Origin: Malacoraja senta
Taxonomy: Eukaryota
Assembly: GCA_038087875.1 (NCBI GenBank)
Contig: JAXLNO010000106.1
Span: 1-64,000 of the forward strand
DNA length: 64,000 nt
Direction: 5' to 3'
Part shown: positions 38,769 to 50,476 of the stretch, one piece after another
How the letters are laid out: every line of letters starts with the position of its first letter
How positions within the stretch are numbered: the first letter of the stretch is position 1
Notes under the pieces: generated by a model
What the model was told of the DNA's origin: nothing
The model's database searches: none
Seen by the model: the letters and a program-made list of their open reading frames with translations, nothing else
Program-made: the position numbers and the translations under genes

Positions 38769-41700
38769 GGGGTATTATAATTTCATATCAAGCTTTTCAA
38801 AATAAAAAGAATAAGAATGAACAAAAACAGTTAGATGAACTTATTAGACAAATGGATATAGATAATGCTAAAGATCCATCAATAGATAAACAATAAAATA
38901 ATAATTTTTAAATTTAAATTAAATAAATGATTATCTGCCAAACTTATAAGACTTTTTCAAATTACAACACGAGCACTTTGAATTTGGGGATAAACCGCAT
39001 AAACCTTTGGCTCGCCAGCTAAAAAAACGAGAAAAGGAACATACTATACCAAAGATTAAATCAGATAAAGGGGAATTATTAACAACACCGAAGGATATTA
39101 ATAAAAGATTTGCGCAATTTTATGAGAATTTGTATACATCTAAAACGACAATTGATTCCAATAATATCACAAAGTTTTTGGATAATTGTAATCTTCCATA
39201 GTTAGAGTTGAAGGAACAAGAGGAATTGGGTGCACAAATTTCAATTAAGGAATTAGAAGATACAATAAACTCACTAAAGAATGGAAAAACACCAGGCCCT
39301 GATGGATTTAATAATGAATTTTATAAAAGCTTTTATGATAAAATAATACCAAGATTACAAAAAAATGTACCAATATGCTTTTAAAAAACAAATACTACCT
39401 GATACATTAGCGGAATCAACGATTACACTAATACTTAAGAAAGACAAAGATTTAGAAGAACCGGGTTCATATAGAGCTATAGCATTGTTAAACACAGATC
39501 AAAAAATATTAGCGAAAACATTAGCTAGAAGATTAAGTAAATACATTAGTAAATTAATAAACCCAGATCAGACGGGGTTTATCCCTAAGAGATATTCATC
39601 TAACAATATGAGACGGTTACTCAACATAATGCACTCACACACATCTGAAGATCAAGAATTATCAATTATTTCGCTGGATGCTGAAAAAGCATTTGATCAA
39701 GTAGAATGGAATTATATGGATAAAGTATTACAAAAATTCCAACTGGGAGAGAATTTTATCCTATGGATCAAGTTACTATATAATAAACCTACAGCTAGAA
39801 TACTAACTAATAACATATTATCCTTGAACTTCCAACTATCAAGGGGAAATAGACAAGGATGCTCATTATCACGACAGCCGTTTGCTCTCATTATTGAACC
39901 GCTAGCAGAAAAAATTAGAATACACCCTGATATCCATGGATATAATACTAAAGATTCATAAAATAAAATATCTTTATACGCGGATGATATATTACTGTAC
40001 ATTACAAAACCTCAAATCACTATACCAAATATATTAAATGTAATTGAAGACTTTGGATCTTTTTCTGGATATAGAATAAATTGGAATAAAAGTGAAATTA
40101 TGTCAATAAAACTGAAAGATTCAACACATCTTTTAAAATTCCCTTTTAAAATAGCTACAGAAAAATTTAAATACTTGGGAATCGAAATTACTAGAACATA
40201 TCAAGGTATGTTTAAGGCAAATTTTGATCCCCGACTTAATAAATTAAACACACTAATTAAATTCTGGAAAATGCTCCTGATGTCTTTAATAGGCCGAATA
40301 AATGCAATAAAAATGATCTTTCTACCACAAATTTTATACCTATTTCAATCGATTCCTATATACTTACCAAAGAAGTTTTTTTAAAAACTCGACTCAGATA
40401 TCACTAATTTTATATGGGACTATAAATCACATAGAATACAATAAACTCATCTGAATAAACCTAAAGTATTAGGGGGTTAAGCACTACCTAATTTTATGTA
40501 TTATTATTGGTCAGTAAATATTAAAAATATGATTCAACTGATGGATAATTCCGCCCAGCAAGTGGACTGGATTGTAATGGAGAAAGAGGATTGCTCCTCT
40601 GGAAACATTGGAGCGATCCTCCTCTCTCCAATGAAACTGAATAATATAAATTATAATAAGAACCCAATTATTCATAGTACAATCCGAATTTGGAAACAAA
40701 TAAAACAAAATTTAAAATTAAGAAATTTATCAATTTTATTACCCATAGTTAATAACCCTTCGTTTAATCCCTCTATTATAGATAAAGCTTTTACACATTG
40801 GGATAGACTAGGAATTAAAACGTTCGGTGACTTGTATGAAACTGGAAAATTACTTTCATTTCAACAATTACAAATAAAATATAAACTCGGAAATAATCAA
40901 TATTTTAAATATTTTCAAATATGCGACTATTTGAAAAAATATACAAAAGATCATTATAATAACCCAGCAGATGTATTGGATGAGGCAATGCAGATAAAAG
41001 CTGAATCAGCAAACTTAATATCATATTTGTATAATATTATCTTAAATGTACAAATACCATCTACGGAGGGTATCAGAAGAGACTGGGAACAAGAGTTAGC
41101 TATTAAAATTTCAAAGGAAAGTTGGAATGAACACTTATTAAACGTGCATAAATGTTCGATTAATGGAAGACACACTTTAATACAATTTAAAATTTTACAT
41201 AGATTATATTATTCCAAAACTAAAATTCATAAAATTTTCCCAAATGTATCATCTATTTGTGATAAATGTCAATCCCAAGAAGCTACTATAGCGCACTCAT
41301 TCATTTTCTGTACAAAAATTCAAAAATTTTGGAATTAAATTTTCAAAATCTTTACAAAATTATTTAAAATAAAACTGATACCCAAAGCAGAATGGATTAT
41401 CTTCGGAATAACGGAAGATGGTCCAGAACTAAATGTGTTTCAAAAGAAACTAATAGACTATGGGTTAATAACTGGGGAAAAGCTAATCCTAAAATTTTGG
41501 AAGGCTCCAATACCAACTATAAACATGTGGATTTCAAATATGTTCGAAACATTACACCTAGAAGAGATAAGACTCCTCCTAGCAGGTAAACCAGATCACT
41601 TCCACCTGACGTGGTCTGCATTTATAGAATTATTACAAATATAGGGTGCAAAGGTACCTGAAAAAAATTGAGGTCAGGTAATGGGGGATGATAGTTGAAG

Positions 41701-42038
41701 AGTTGGTATGTCCCATTTGCGTAATGCTCATAAAAAATATTTGTTTCTCTCTTTTTCCTCTTTCTCTTTCTCCTTCTTTTCTAGGGTCTATTTCTTAACT
41801 CTTTTTCTTTTGTTTTTAATTTTGTTCTTATAGGGTCTTCGTCCTTTTTTGTTGTCACATTTTCCACACTCTCAATTTTTCCTTCACTTTCTTCTTTCTT
41901 TCAATCTTATCCTTTCCTTTTACTAGTGTAAAAAACAAATGGAGTACATTAATTGTAAGAAGATATAAGTGACGAGTACTAATGTATGTGGTTGTAATGT
42001 AATGTACTCCTAATAAATTAAAAACAATTTTTTTTTTT
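38769..42038 (+). mobile_element. 5'-truncated L1-clade LINE ORF2 (RT plus C-terminal Cys-rich domain), with frameshifts and stops
   Basis: SYRAIALLNTDQKIL, ISLDAEKAFDQVEW, RGNRQGCSLS, LYADD, CDKC..H..C; AATAAA near the end; 12-bp TSD aaaagatcaaga at 38757-38768 and 42039-42050 (TT/AAAA-type site). Confidence 0.93.
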
Positions 42039-42099
42039 AAAAGATCAAGAATATTTGGCACCTCATTGCAGAACTCAACAACAAGCACCAAGAATCAAT

Positions 42100-43419
42100 C
42101 CTTGTTCAATGCGTACCAGGGCCCCATCCCCGACCTCTACCTCCGCTACATCGATGATTGTTTGGTGCCACATCCTGCACCCACACACAACTGACTGACT
42201 TCATCTGCTTCACCACCAACTTCCATCCGGCACTCAAATACACCTGGACCATTTCCGACACTTCCCTACCATTCCTTGACCTCACTATCTCCATCGCAGG
42301 TGATAGACATCTTACCGACATCCACTACAAACCTACCGACTCCCATGGCTATCTGGACTACACTTCTTCCCAACCTGCTTCCTGTAAGGACTCCATCCCC
42401 CACTCCCAATTCCTCCGTCTACGCCGCATCTGCTCCCAGGATGAGGCGTTCCACACCAGGGCATCTGAAATGTCCTCATTCTTCAGGGAACGGGGGTTCC
42501 CCTCCTCCACCATAGATGAGGCTCGCACCAGGGTCTCTGCCATACCCCGCAACACTGCTCTCTCTCCCCATCCCCCCACTCACAACAAGGGCAGAGTTCC
42601 CCTAGTCCTCACCTTTCACCCCACCAGCTGTCACATACAACAAGTGATCCTCCGTCAGTTTCGCCACCTCCAACATGACCCCACCACTCGCCACATCTTC
42701 CCATCTCCCCCCATGTCTGCCTTCCGCAAAGACCGCTCCCTCCGTAACTCCCTTGTCAATTCTTCCCTTCCCTCCCATACCACCCCCTCCCCTGGTACTT
42801 TCCCTTGCAACCGCAAGAGATGCAACACTTGTCCCTTCACCTCCCCCCTCTACTCCATTCAGGGACCTAAGCAGTCGTTCCAGGTGCGACAGAGGTTCAC
42901 CTGCATCTCCTCCAACCTCATCTATTGCATCCGCTGCTCTAGATGCCAGCTGATCTACATCGGTGAGACCAAGCGGAGGCTTGGCGATCGTTTCGCCGAA
43001 CACCTCCGGTCGGTCCGCAATAACCAACCTGACCTCCCGGTGGCTCAGCACTTCAACTCCCCCTCCCATTCCGTATCTGACCTCTCTGTCCTGGGTCTCC
43101 TCCATGGCCACAGCGAGCAACACTGTAAATTGGAGGAAATGCACCTCATATTCCGCTTGGGCAGTCTACATCCTGGGGGCTTGAACATTGAATTCTCCCA
43201 ATTCTGCTAGCCCTTGCTGTCCCCTCCCCTTCATCAGCCATCTGGTTGTCTCCTCCCCTCCCCCAGCCCTCGGGCTCCTCCTCCGCCTTTTTCCTTTTTT
43301 ACTTTCTTCTCCCCACCCCCTATCAGTCTGAAGAAGGGTTTCGGCCCGAAACGTTACCTATTTCCTTCGCTCCATAGATGCTGCTGCACCCGCTGAGTTT
43401 CTCCAGCATTTTTGTGTAC
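42100..43419 (+). mobile_element. Penelope-like element: C-terminal RT plus GIY-YIG ORF (42158-43210) and pLTR
   Basis: YLRYIDD, LPFLDL, CNRKRCNTC, IYCIRC..YIGETKR; 14-bp direct repeat caccaagaatcaat at 42086-42099 and 43420-43433. Confidence 0.93.
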
Positions 43420-43859
43420 CACCAAGAATCAATTGCTTGGCAGTGAAAGAAACCCTTCCCATCAGAGTTTTCCTCCTACAGACAGAGTCTCACTGCCGAC
43501 ACGTGCTGCCCTCATGAGCGCTGCGAAGGGGAAACAGTAAACAACTCTTAAAAGACAGTGGATTTACAAAGATGCTGCGGAAAAGGATGCAGGAGTCCTT
43601 GGTGCTTACCGAGGTCCATCGCAAGCAGCTGGTTAACAGAGGACTCCCTGATCTTCGTGCTGTTCCCAGGGCCACACATCAAATGTTGCATCAGTGGGTG
43701 AGAGACGCCTCTGTTCTGCCCACAGCTGGTGCTATTCCAGCGCAACGAGATGTCCGGGGGGGGGGGGGGGGGGTGGGAGGGGTCCAGGAGTCGTGTGGGG
43801 AAGGTCCGCAGCAAAGATACTCGTGTCCGCAGTCTGAGCTCCTTCTCCATCTGGAATCG

Positions 43860-45370
43860 TTTGGTCCGTTATCTCCCTCCCTCCTCCTCCGTTCGCAGCC
43901 GCTAAGTGCGGCCGCTTGCCCACATCCTCCACCCACCCGGGCCTCGCGCCGCCTCTCCTCTCCTCGCCTCACTCTCCCCGTTCTCTCCTCCTCCGCCCGC
44001 AGCCGCTCGCGCCGCCACCTTTGGGCTTCGAGCGCCCGGGTCCTCGCGCCACCGCTCTGCTCCAATCACAGCCTCTTCTACTTCTTCTTCTTGTAGGATT
44101 CCGGCAGTGTAGACGCTGCTAAGCGTATTACTGCCCTCCACAGGTCAAAGTTTGAACTAAATTCTTACAGACAGTCCTGTAACTTGCAGGAATTGAAGAA
44201 CAGCCCTGGATATCAGTTGCTGTTTCTCATTGTGTCCAAACAAAGTTAAAACAGAAAAAGCCTCAACTCCAAGTCCTGTCAGTCTAACAAACAATACTTT
44301 TCTTTCTACCCTATACTTTTTACATTCTGGGAAAACATGCTTAACTGTCTCATTACTCCCACATTCACACAAGCCAGAAACATGTTTCCCTACAATGCAC
44401 AAATAGTAATTTAACCCACAGTGTCCCAACCTCAATCTACACAGTTTAACTGAGCCCCTACGGGACAGAGATGTACAGAAACATATTTTCCTAACTTCAG
44501 ATTGTATAGAAAAGTAGTGTCTACCCCTGACTTCCATTTCCCATCCTCTCTGCCATTCTTTTGTTAAGCCCTCTTTAATTATTTTTCTCAGTTCCACTCT
44601 CCCCAATGATACATGGATATCTATTTCTCTTCTTAAACTCTCCTTTGCTATGAGGTCCACCTGCTCATTCCCCCTCACCCCAGCATGCCCAGGAACCCAG
44701 CAAAAAGTGATGTCACACGCAAACCCAATTCTAGAAAACACACTCAAGATTTCATTTAGAATGTCAGGCCGAGCTTTAGATTTCCCTACTCTTAAAGTTT
44801 CAAGAGCAGCTGCAGAATCAGAACAGATAATGACTTCTCTAAAACTGGCTTCCTCAATTGCCATTAATTCAGTCGTGAGAACAGAACTTCCATCAGAAAT
44901 GCGCCGGCCAATCTTCAACCCAAGCTGCTCCACATACACTCCAAACCCAGCTCTCCCACTAACTGGATCTTTAGATCCATCTGTAAAAACAATCAAAGTA
45001 CTCTCACTGATTGAATTAAGATATTCCACTATTCTTGGAGTCACAGCCTCGCCCTCTCCCGCCCGCCTCTTTCAAATGGCTCACGTGCTCCTCATCCTGG
45101 CCGCCGCTGATTGGCTGTTGGCGCAGCTGCAGCCCCGCCCCCCCGCATCCTGCCGCTCGCGCCCCGCGCTCCACCAATCACAGCCTCTCTCTCTCTCTCT
45201 CTGTCTCTCTCCTCCCGCGCCCCTCGCGCACCGCCCGTTGCATCCGAGCAGCGCGCGCTCGCGCTCAGTCACTCGCTGACGGCGCCGGGATGGAGGGATG
45301 GAGGGAGGGAGGGAGGGAGGAGGTGGTGGAGGAGGAAAGTCAGCGGCCGCCCTGACACCACAGCCCGGCA
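43860..45370. promoter_or_regulatory. CpG island with CCAAT and GC boxes, split by a LINE insertion
   Basis: CpG-dense on both sides of 44076-45040; CCAAT at 44062 and 45174, ATTGG at 45110, ccccgccccc at 45133. Confidence 0.45.
44076..45040 (-). mobile_element. 5'-truncated I/Nimb-like non-LTR element: RNase H plus C-terminal zinc-binding region
   Basis: VFTDGSK, ELMAI, ICSDS, WVPGHAGVRGNEQVD (RNase H); RLRLGH, CECG..ETVKHV..C; (AAG)n tail; 10-bp TSD tcacagcctc at 44066-44075 and 45041-45050. Confidence 0.88.
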
Positions 45371-45389
45371 CCGCAGGCAACCAGGCACC

Positions 45390-46870
45390 GAATCCCAGGG
45401 CCATTGGCACTGAGTGGACAGATGCAGGCGCCATTGATACAGAGCACTGAAATCCAGTGGTCACTGACACCGATGAAGTGAAATCCAGGCTTCACTGACT
45501 GACACCCAGAAACCTGATATCGAAGGACGAAACCCATGAACTATTAACAGACATGGATGGGCAGGATTCAGGGACCACTGCCAGTGATGGACCGAATTTC
45601 AAGGATATGGCAGGCGATCAAACGAGCCACGCGTGGTGAAAACAAATAACTTCCTCAGGTGAAGAGATCAACACACAGGCGAATGGGGGAGGGCTGACCC
45701 CAGGTCTCCATTCTTATACTAGGGCACACCCCTAAACCTCGTGACAACTACTTCCCGCCATTATTCAGTCACGTGACCCTACCCCCCCCCACCCCACCCA
45801 AATTGCCATGGGTTCCAATACAGGCGGCCTAACCACCGGGTGGACCCACAGGATCCCCCCCAGAACCCGAAGCACAAAAACCAAAAGAGTATGCAAATCT
45901 TGTACACACATCCCCCCCGTAGGGGACTCCCGCAAGGAAGGCTAAGATGGGAGCGGTGAGGACCGTGGACGCCCACAACGACTAGGCAGGGCCACCAACA
46001 CAGGGTTGACTCAGGTCGACATGGGCAGGCTTCAACTGAGCCACCGACACAGTCTCACGTCCAAAATAGAAGTCGCAAGACCCCTCTGCAGCACACGGAA
46101 GGGCCCCTCAAAGGCTGCAGCAGCAGCGAGCGATGCACGTCACGGTGCATGAACACAAAAGCACAGTCCTGAAGAGCAGCTGAAGGCACCACACCATGGC
46201 GAGACGTCAGAACCGGAGCAAGTGTGCCCACCTGCCAAGGCAGCAAATGACCAATTTGGATCGTCGGGGTCACCAATATTGTGGGCGAATAAACGAGCCA
46301 TGCGTGATGAAAACAAAGAGAACTTTATTGCTCAGGTAAATAGATCAACACACACACGAATGGGGGAGAGCTGACCCAGGTCTTCATACTTATACTAGGG
46401 CACACCCCTAAACCTCGTGACAACTGCTTCCTGCCATTACCCAGTCATGTGACCCTATCCCCGACTGCCAAAGGTTAGAATACAGGTGGCGCCACAAGGA
46501 CCGTCGGCAATGATGAATGGCCTAAAATCCAGAAGTTGATTGAATAAACCCGAGGATCATTGATACAAATGGAATAATATTCAGGCACCATTAACATACA
46601 TCAGTGGACTAAATCCAGAGACTGTTGACATATCAAATTCAGGGGACTACTGATACAAAGGGACTAAGGTTTGGGGCCCTTGACAGACATCAATGGACTG
46701 AATCTAGGGACCATTGACAGTAATGGATTGAAGTACAAGAAACATCGGCAGATGTGGATGTATCAAATCCAGAGACTTGATAGATATTGATGGATCAAAT
46801 CCAGATGGATCACTGATATAAATGGACTAAAGTTCAAGGGCAATTGACAGACATCGATGGACTAAATGCA
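45390..46870. repeat. Degenerate ~30-bp minisatellite (gggaccattgac..atggactaaatcca-like), interrupted by a mini-LTR element
   Basis: Recurring units at 45390-45605 and 46500-46870. Confidence 0.6.
45606..46496 (-). mobile_element. Internally deleted (TRIM-like) Gypsy LTR element
   Basis: Two related LTRs (45606-45850, 46280-46496); PBS TGGTGACCCCGACG at 46262-46275; PPT-like tract at about 45851-45865; 4-bp TSD agga; integrase C-terminal remnant inside. Confidence 0.85.
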
Positions 46871-47269
46871 AAGAGCATTAATAGTCATTAACTTCATTAA
46901 TATTGACTGGGACCGGGGGAACAACTTGTTAGATGCACCCAGGATAGTTTTCTCAAGCAGTATGTTGATGGCCGGACTAGATAAAGGGATATACGCGACC
47001 TCCTCTCGGGAAATGATGCTGAGCAAATGGCTGAAGTGTCAATGCACTTTGTGACCAGTGCACTCTATTATTTTTTTAATAGTTATGGAAAATATTAATA
47101 GATGATCCTGAAGTTAAAGTCCGAAATCAGAGCAAAGTTAATTTTGATGGCATTGGGCAGGAACTTACAAAGTTTGATTGGGAGAGGCTGTTAGCAGGTA
47201 AAGGAATATCTGACAACTGGGGTACTTTTAAAAGAGAGGTAGGATGTTGCGTACAGTACACCACAGGAA

Positions 47270-48057
47270 CAGCCCTTCGAGCTGCAATGTTTATGCCGAA
47301 CATGATGCCAAGTTAAACTGATCTCATCTACTTGTACATGATCCATATCCCTCTATTTCCTGCACTCCAGTGGTCCAATATAAAATCCTCAAACAACACT
47401 ATTGTATCTGTGTCCACCACCACCCCTGGCAGTGTTCCGGGCCCCCGCAATCTCTGTAAAATACTTGTCCCGCTCATCTCCATTAAACTTACTCCTCTCG
47501 CCTTACAGCTATGCCCTCTGGTGGGACATTTCCACCCTATGATAAAGGTTCTGACTGTGTACCCTATCCATGCCTCTCACAATTTTACATACTTTCAGAT
47601 CTCCACTCAACCTCCAACGTTCCAGAGAAAACAATGCATATCTATCGAACCTCTCCCTGTAGCTGAAACCCTCTAATCTAGGCAACATTCCAGTAAATCT
47701 CTGCATCCTAAGGCTCCACATCATTCCTCCAATGGGGCACCAGAGCTATATGCAATACTTCAAACATGACTTCGCCAAAATACTCATCCTTTCTACGTCA
47801 TGCCACCTTCAGTGAACTATGAATGTGGACTCCAAGATCACTTTGCACATTAATGCTATTAAGGGCCTTGCCATTAACTGTATACTCTCTCGTTATATGC
47901 AACCTCCCAAAGTGCATCACCTCACTCTTGCTCAGGTTAACCTCCATCTGCCATTTCTCCACCTATTTCTTTACATCCCACAGTATCTTCTGATCGCATT
48001 CTTCACTCTCTGCAACTCCTCCAATTTTGGTGAGATCCAACTTACTTACCAACCCAT
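47270..48057 (-). mobile_element. Decayed CR1 3' fragment
   Basis: QRFTGMLPRLEGFSYRERFDRYALFSLE. Confidence 0.75.
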
Positions 48058-49975
48058 TGTAGTGGCTTGGACATGGTCAGAAAAAGGCTAGACGCAAGGC
48101 AGGTTCAAAAGTTGTTTAATGTTGGTTGTGAGCATCCACTCACAACGAGTTCCACCGAAGGAATGAAAAACTGCCAGAAAACCCCTGAGCAGGAACCGGA
48201 AGCCTGTGTGCAGACCCTCGTCCCTGTCCCTCAAGTGCCGAGGGGGATGACCCAAGGAGTGGCCTAATATCCAGGGACCGCCACAGGAACCCCGCCCCCC
48301 TCCCCCAAGAACTGGAGGCACGAAACGTACCAGCCCGGGTGCGCGCCATACCCGGCACAGGAATCGGCAACCGACCTGCAGGTGGAGGGGACGGAGCAGC
48401 CACTGGAGGAGGTACCATAGACGGAGGGCGCCCTCGCAGGTGGGGCCACGCGATGTCAACATGCGCCGGCTTCAGCCGCGCACCCGAAATGGTCTCACGC
48501 CAACCCCCCATGTCCAGGACGAATGTGGACCAGCCATGTTCCAGGTCCTGGAAGGGACCCTCGTACGGCCGCTGGAGAGGTGTCCGATGAGCATCCCTAT
48601 GCAGGACCATGAACTGGCAGTCCTCCAGAACAGAGGGACTGTGCGGACGGAAGGACCCATGACGAGACGTGGGCACCGGCGCCAGCTTGCCCACCGTGTG
48701 ACGAAGGCCGAAGGCTGCTCCACCTGGCTTTGTGCCGGTGGGATGAACTCCCCGGGCACCGTCAACCAACCCATACACCAACTCGGCGGAGGAGGAGGCC
48801 GAGTCCTCTTTGGGTGCGGTGCGGATCCCCAGCAGAACACACGGCAGGGCATCTACCCAGTCCGGGTCAGTGAGCCGTGCCTTGAGGGCAGCCTTGAGTT
48901 GGCGGTGAAACCGTTCGCCTGCGGATGATATGCCGTAGTGTGGTGTAGGCGAACCCCCAGGAGGCGTGCCATGGCCGACCACAGTTCCGATGTGAACTGA
49001 AGTGCCGGTGGATGTTATGTCCAAAGGCAGCCCGAACCGGGAGATCCAGTGCGCCGCCAAGGCCCGAGCGCAAGTGGCCGTCGAGGTGTCAGTCAGCGAA
49101 ATGACTTCAGGTCACCGTGTGAAGCGGTCCACCAAGGTGAAGAGGTGGGTCATGCGTGAAGCGGTCCACCAAGGTGAAGAGGTGGGTCATGCGTGAAGCG
49201 GTCCACCAAGGTGAAGAGGCGGCAGCGGCCCCACGATGTCCACGTGAATGTGGTCGAACTGCTGCCAAGGGATGGTGAACCCCTGCTGCGGCGCACGCAT
49301 GTGTCGCTGCACCTGGGCGGTCTGGCATGGGATGCAGGTGCGTGCCCAATGTCCAGCCTGCTCGCGGAGCCCGTGCCACATGAAGCGGGAGGCTACAAGG
49401 GCCGTCGTCGCCCAAATGGAGGGATGGGCGAGCCCGTGGAGCACCTTGAACACCCTGCGCCGCCAGGCGATGGGGGCGATGGGTCGCGGAAGGCTGGTGG
49501 AGACATCGCACAGCAGCGTTGCTCCCCAAGGACCACAGACAATGTCCTCCAACTACAGGCCTGAAACTGCCATGAGATAGGCGGCCACTTCCTCGTCCAC
49601 CAGCTGTGTGGCTGCCAAGGCGGAATAATCAATACCCTCGGCCACCCGGAGAACGGCCTGGACCGCGGGTCACGGTAAGGTGTCAGCCACCTTGTTGTAT
49701 TTGCCCTCCACGAAGCGGATTGAGGTGGTGTACTCCGACATGTACGCCAACTGCCTCTGCTGCCGCGCAGACCACGGGTCTAAAACCTTGGCAAATGCGA
49801 ACGTGAGCGGCTTGTGATCTGTGAAGGCAGTGAAGGGCCTCCCCTCCAGGAAGTACCGAAAGTGGCGTATGCGAGGTACAGGGCAAGCAGCTCACAGTCA
49901 AAAGCGCTGTAACGGCGCTGAGCACCACTGAGGTGCCTGCTGTAGAAGGCGAATGGTCGCCAGCACCCGTCACCC
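48058..49975 (-). mobile_element. Gypsy LTR retrotransposon 3' part (RNase H, integrase, PPT, 3' LTR 48058-48285), frameshifted
   Basis: RRYSAFDCELLALYLA; LHGLAHP..WARTCIPCQ..FDHIHVDIVGPLP; [11 protein letters not shown]; PYEGPF; G-rich PPT next to a TG..CA LTR. Confidence 0.9.
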
Positions 49976-50476
49976 GTCAGTGCATTTTCCCTGCAGCCCT
50001 TCTTGAAGAGGCACAACATTTGCCACCCCCAGTCTTCCGGCACCTCGCCTGTATTTAACAACGACTCATACATCTTAGTGAGGGCATCTGTAATTTCCTC
50101 TTTAGCTTCCCAGTGTCCTCGGATATATCTGATCAGATCAGGTCATTGATAGGTTTCTTGTACTGCTCGGGATCATTTGACTTGAGTACTGCAGACTTGG
50201 ACTTCACCTGGGAGTGGACCTCAAGGTTCATCCATAGTTTCTGGTTATGGAATATGTCTTTGGTATACAGTCCTCTACACACTTGCTGATAAAGTCTGTG
50301 ACAGCAATGGAATATTCATCCAGATTAGCTGCAGATTTCTTGAATACCTTGAGGTCTTGAAACTCTGCATCAGGAGCTGGAACTGAGTGTTCTTCATGTT
50401 TCAAAAGTTTCTCATTCAGTGACAGGACCTGAAATTACAGACGTGGATCATGTCACTGTTTTCTGCACAGATCTAG

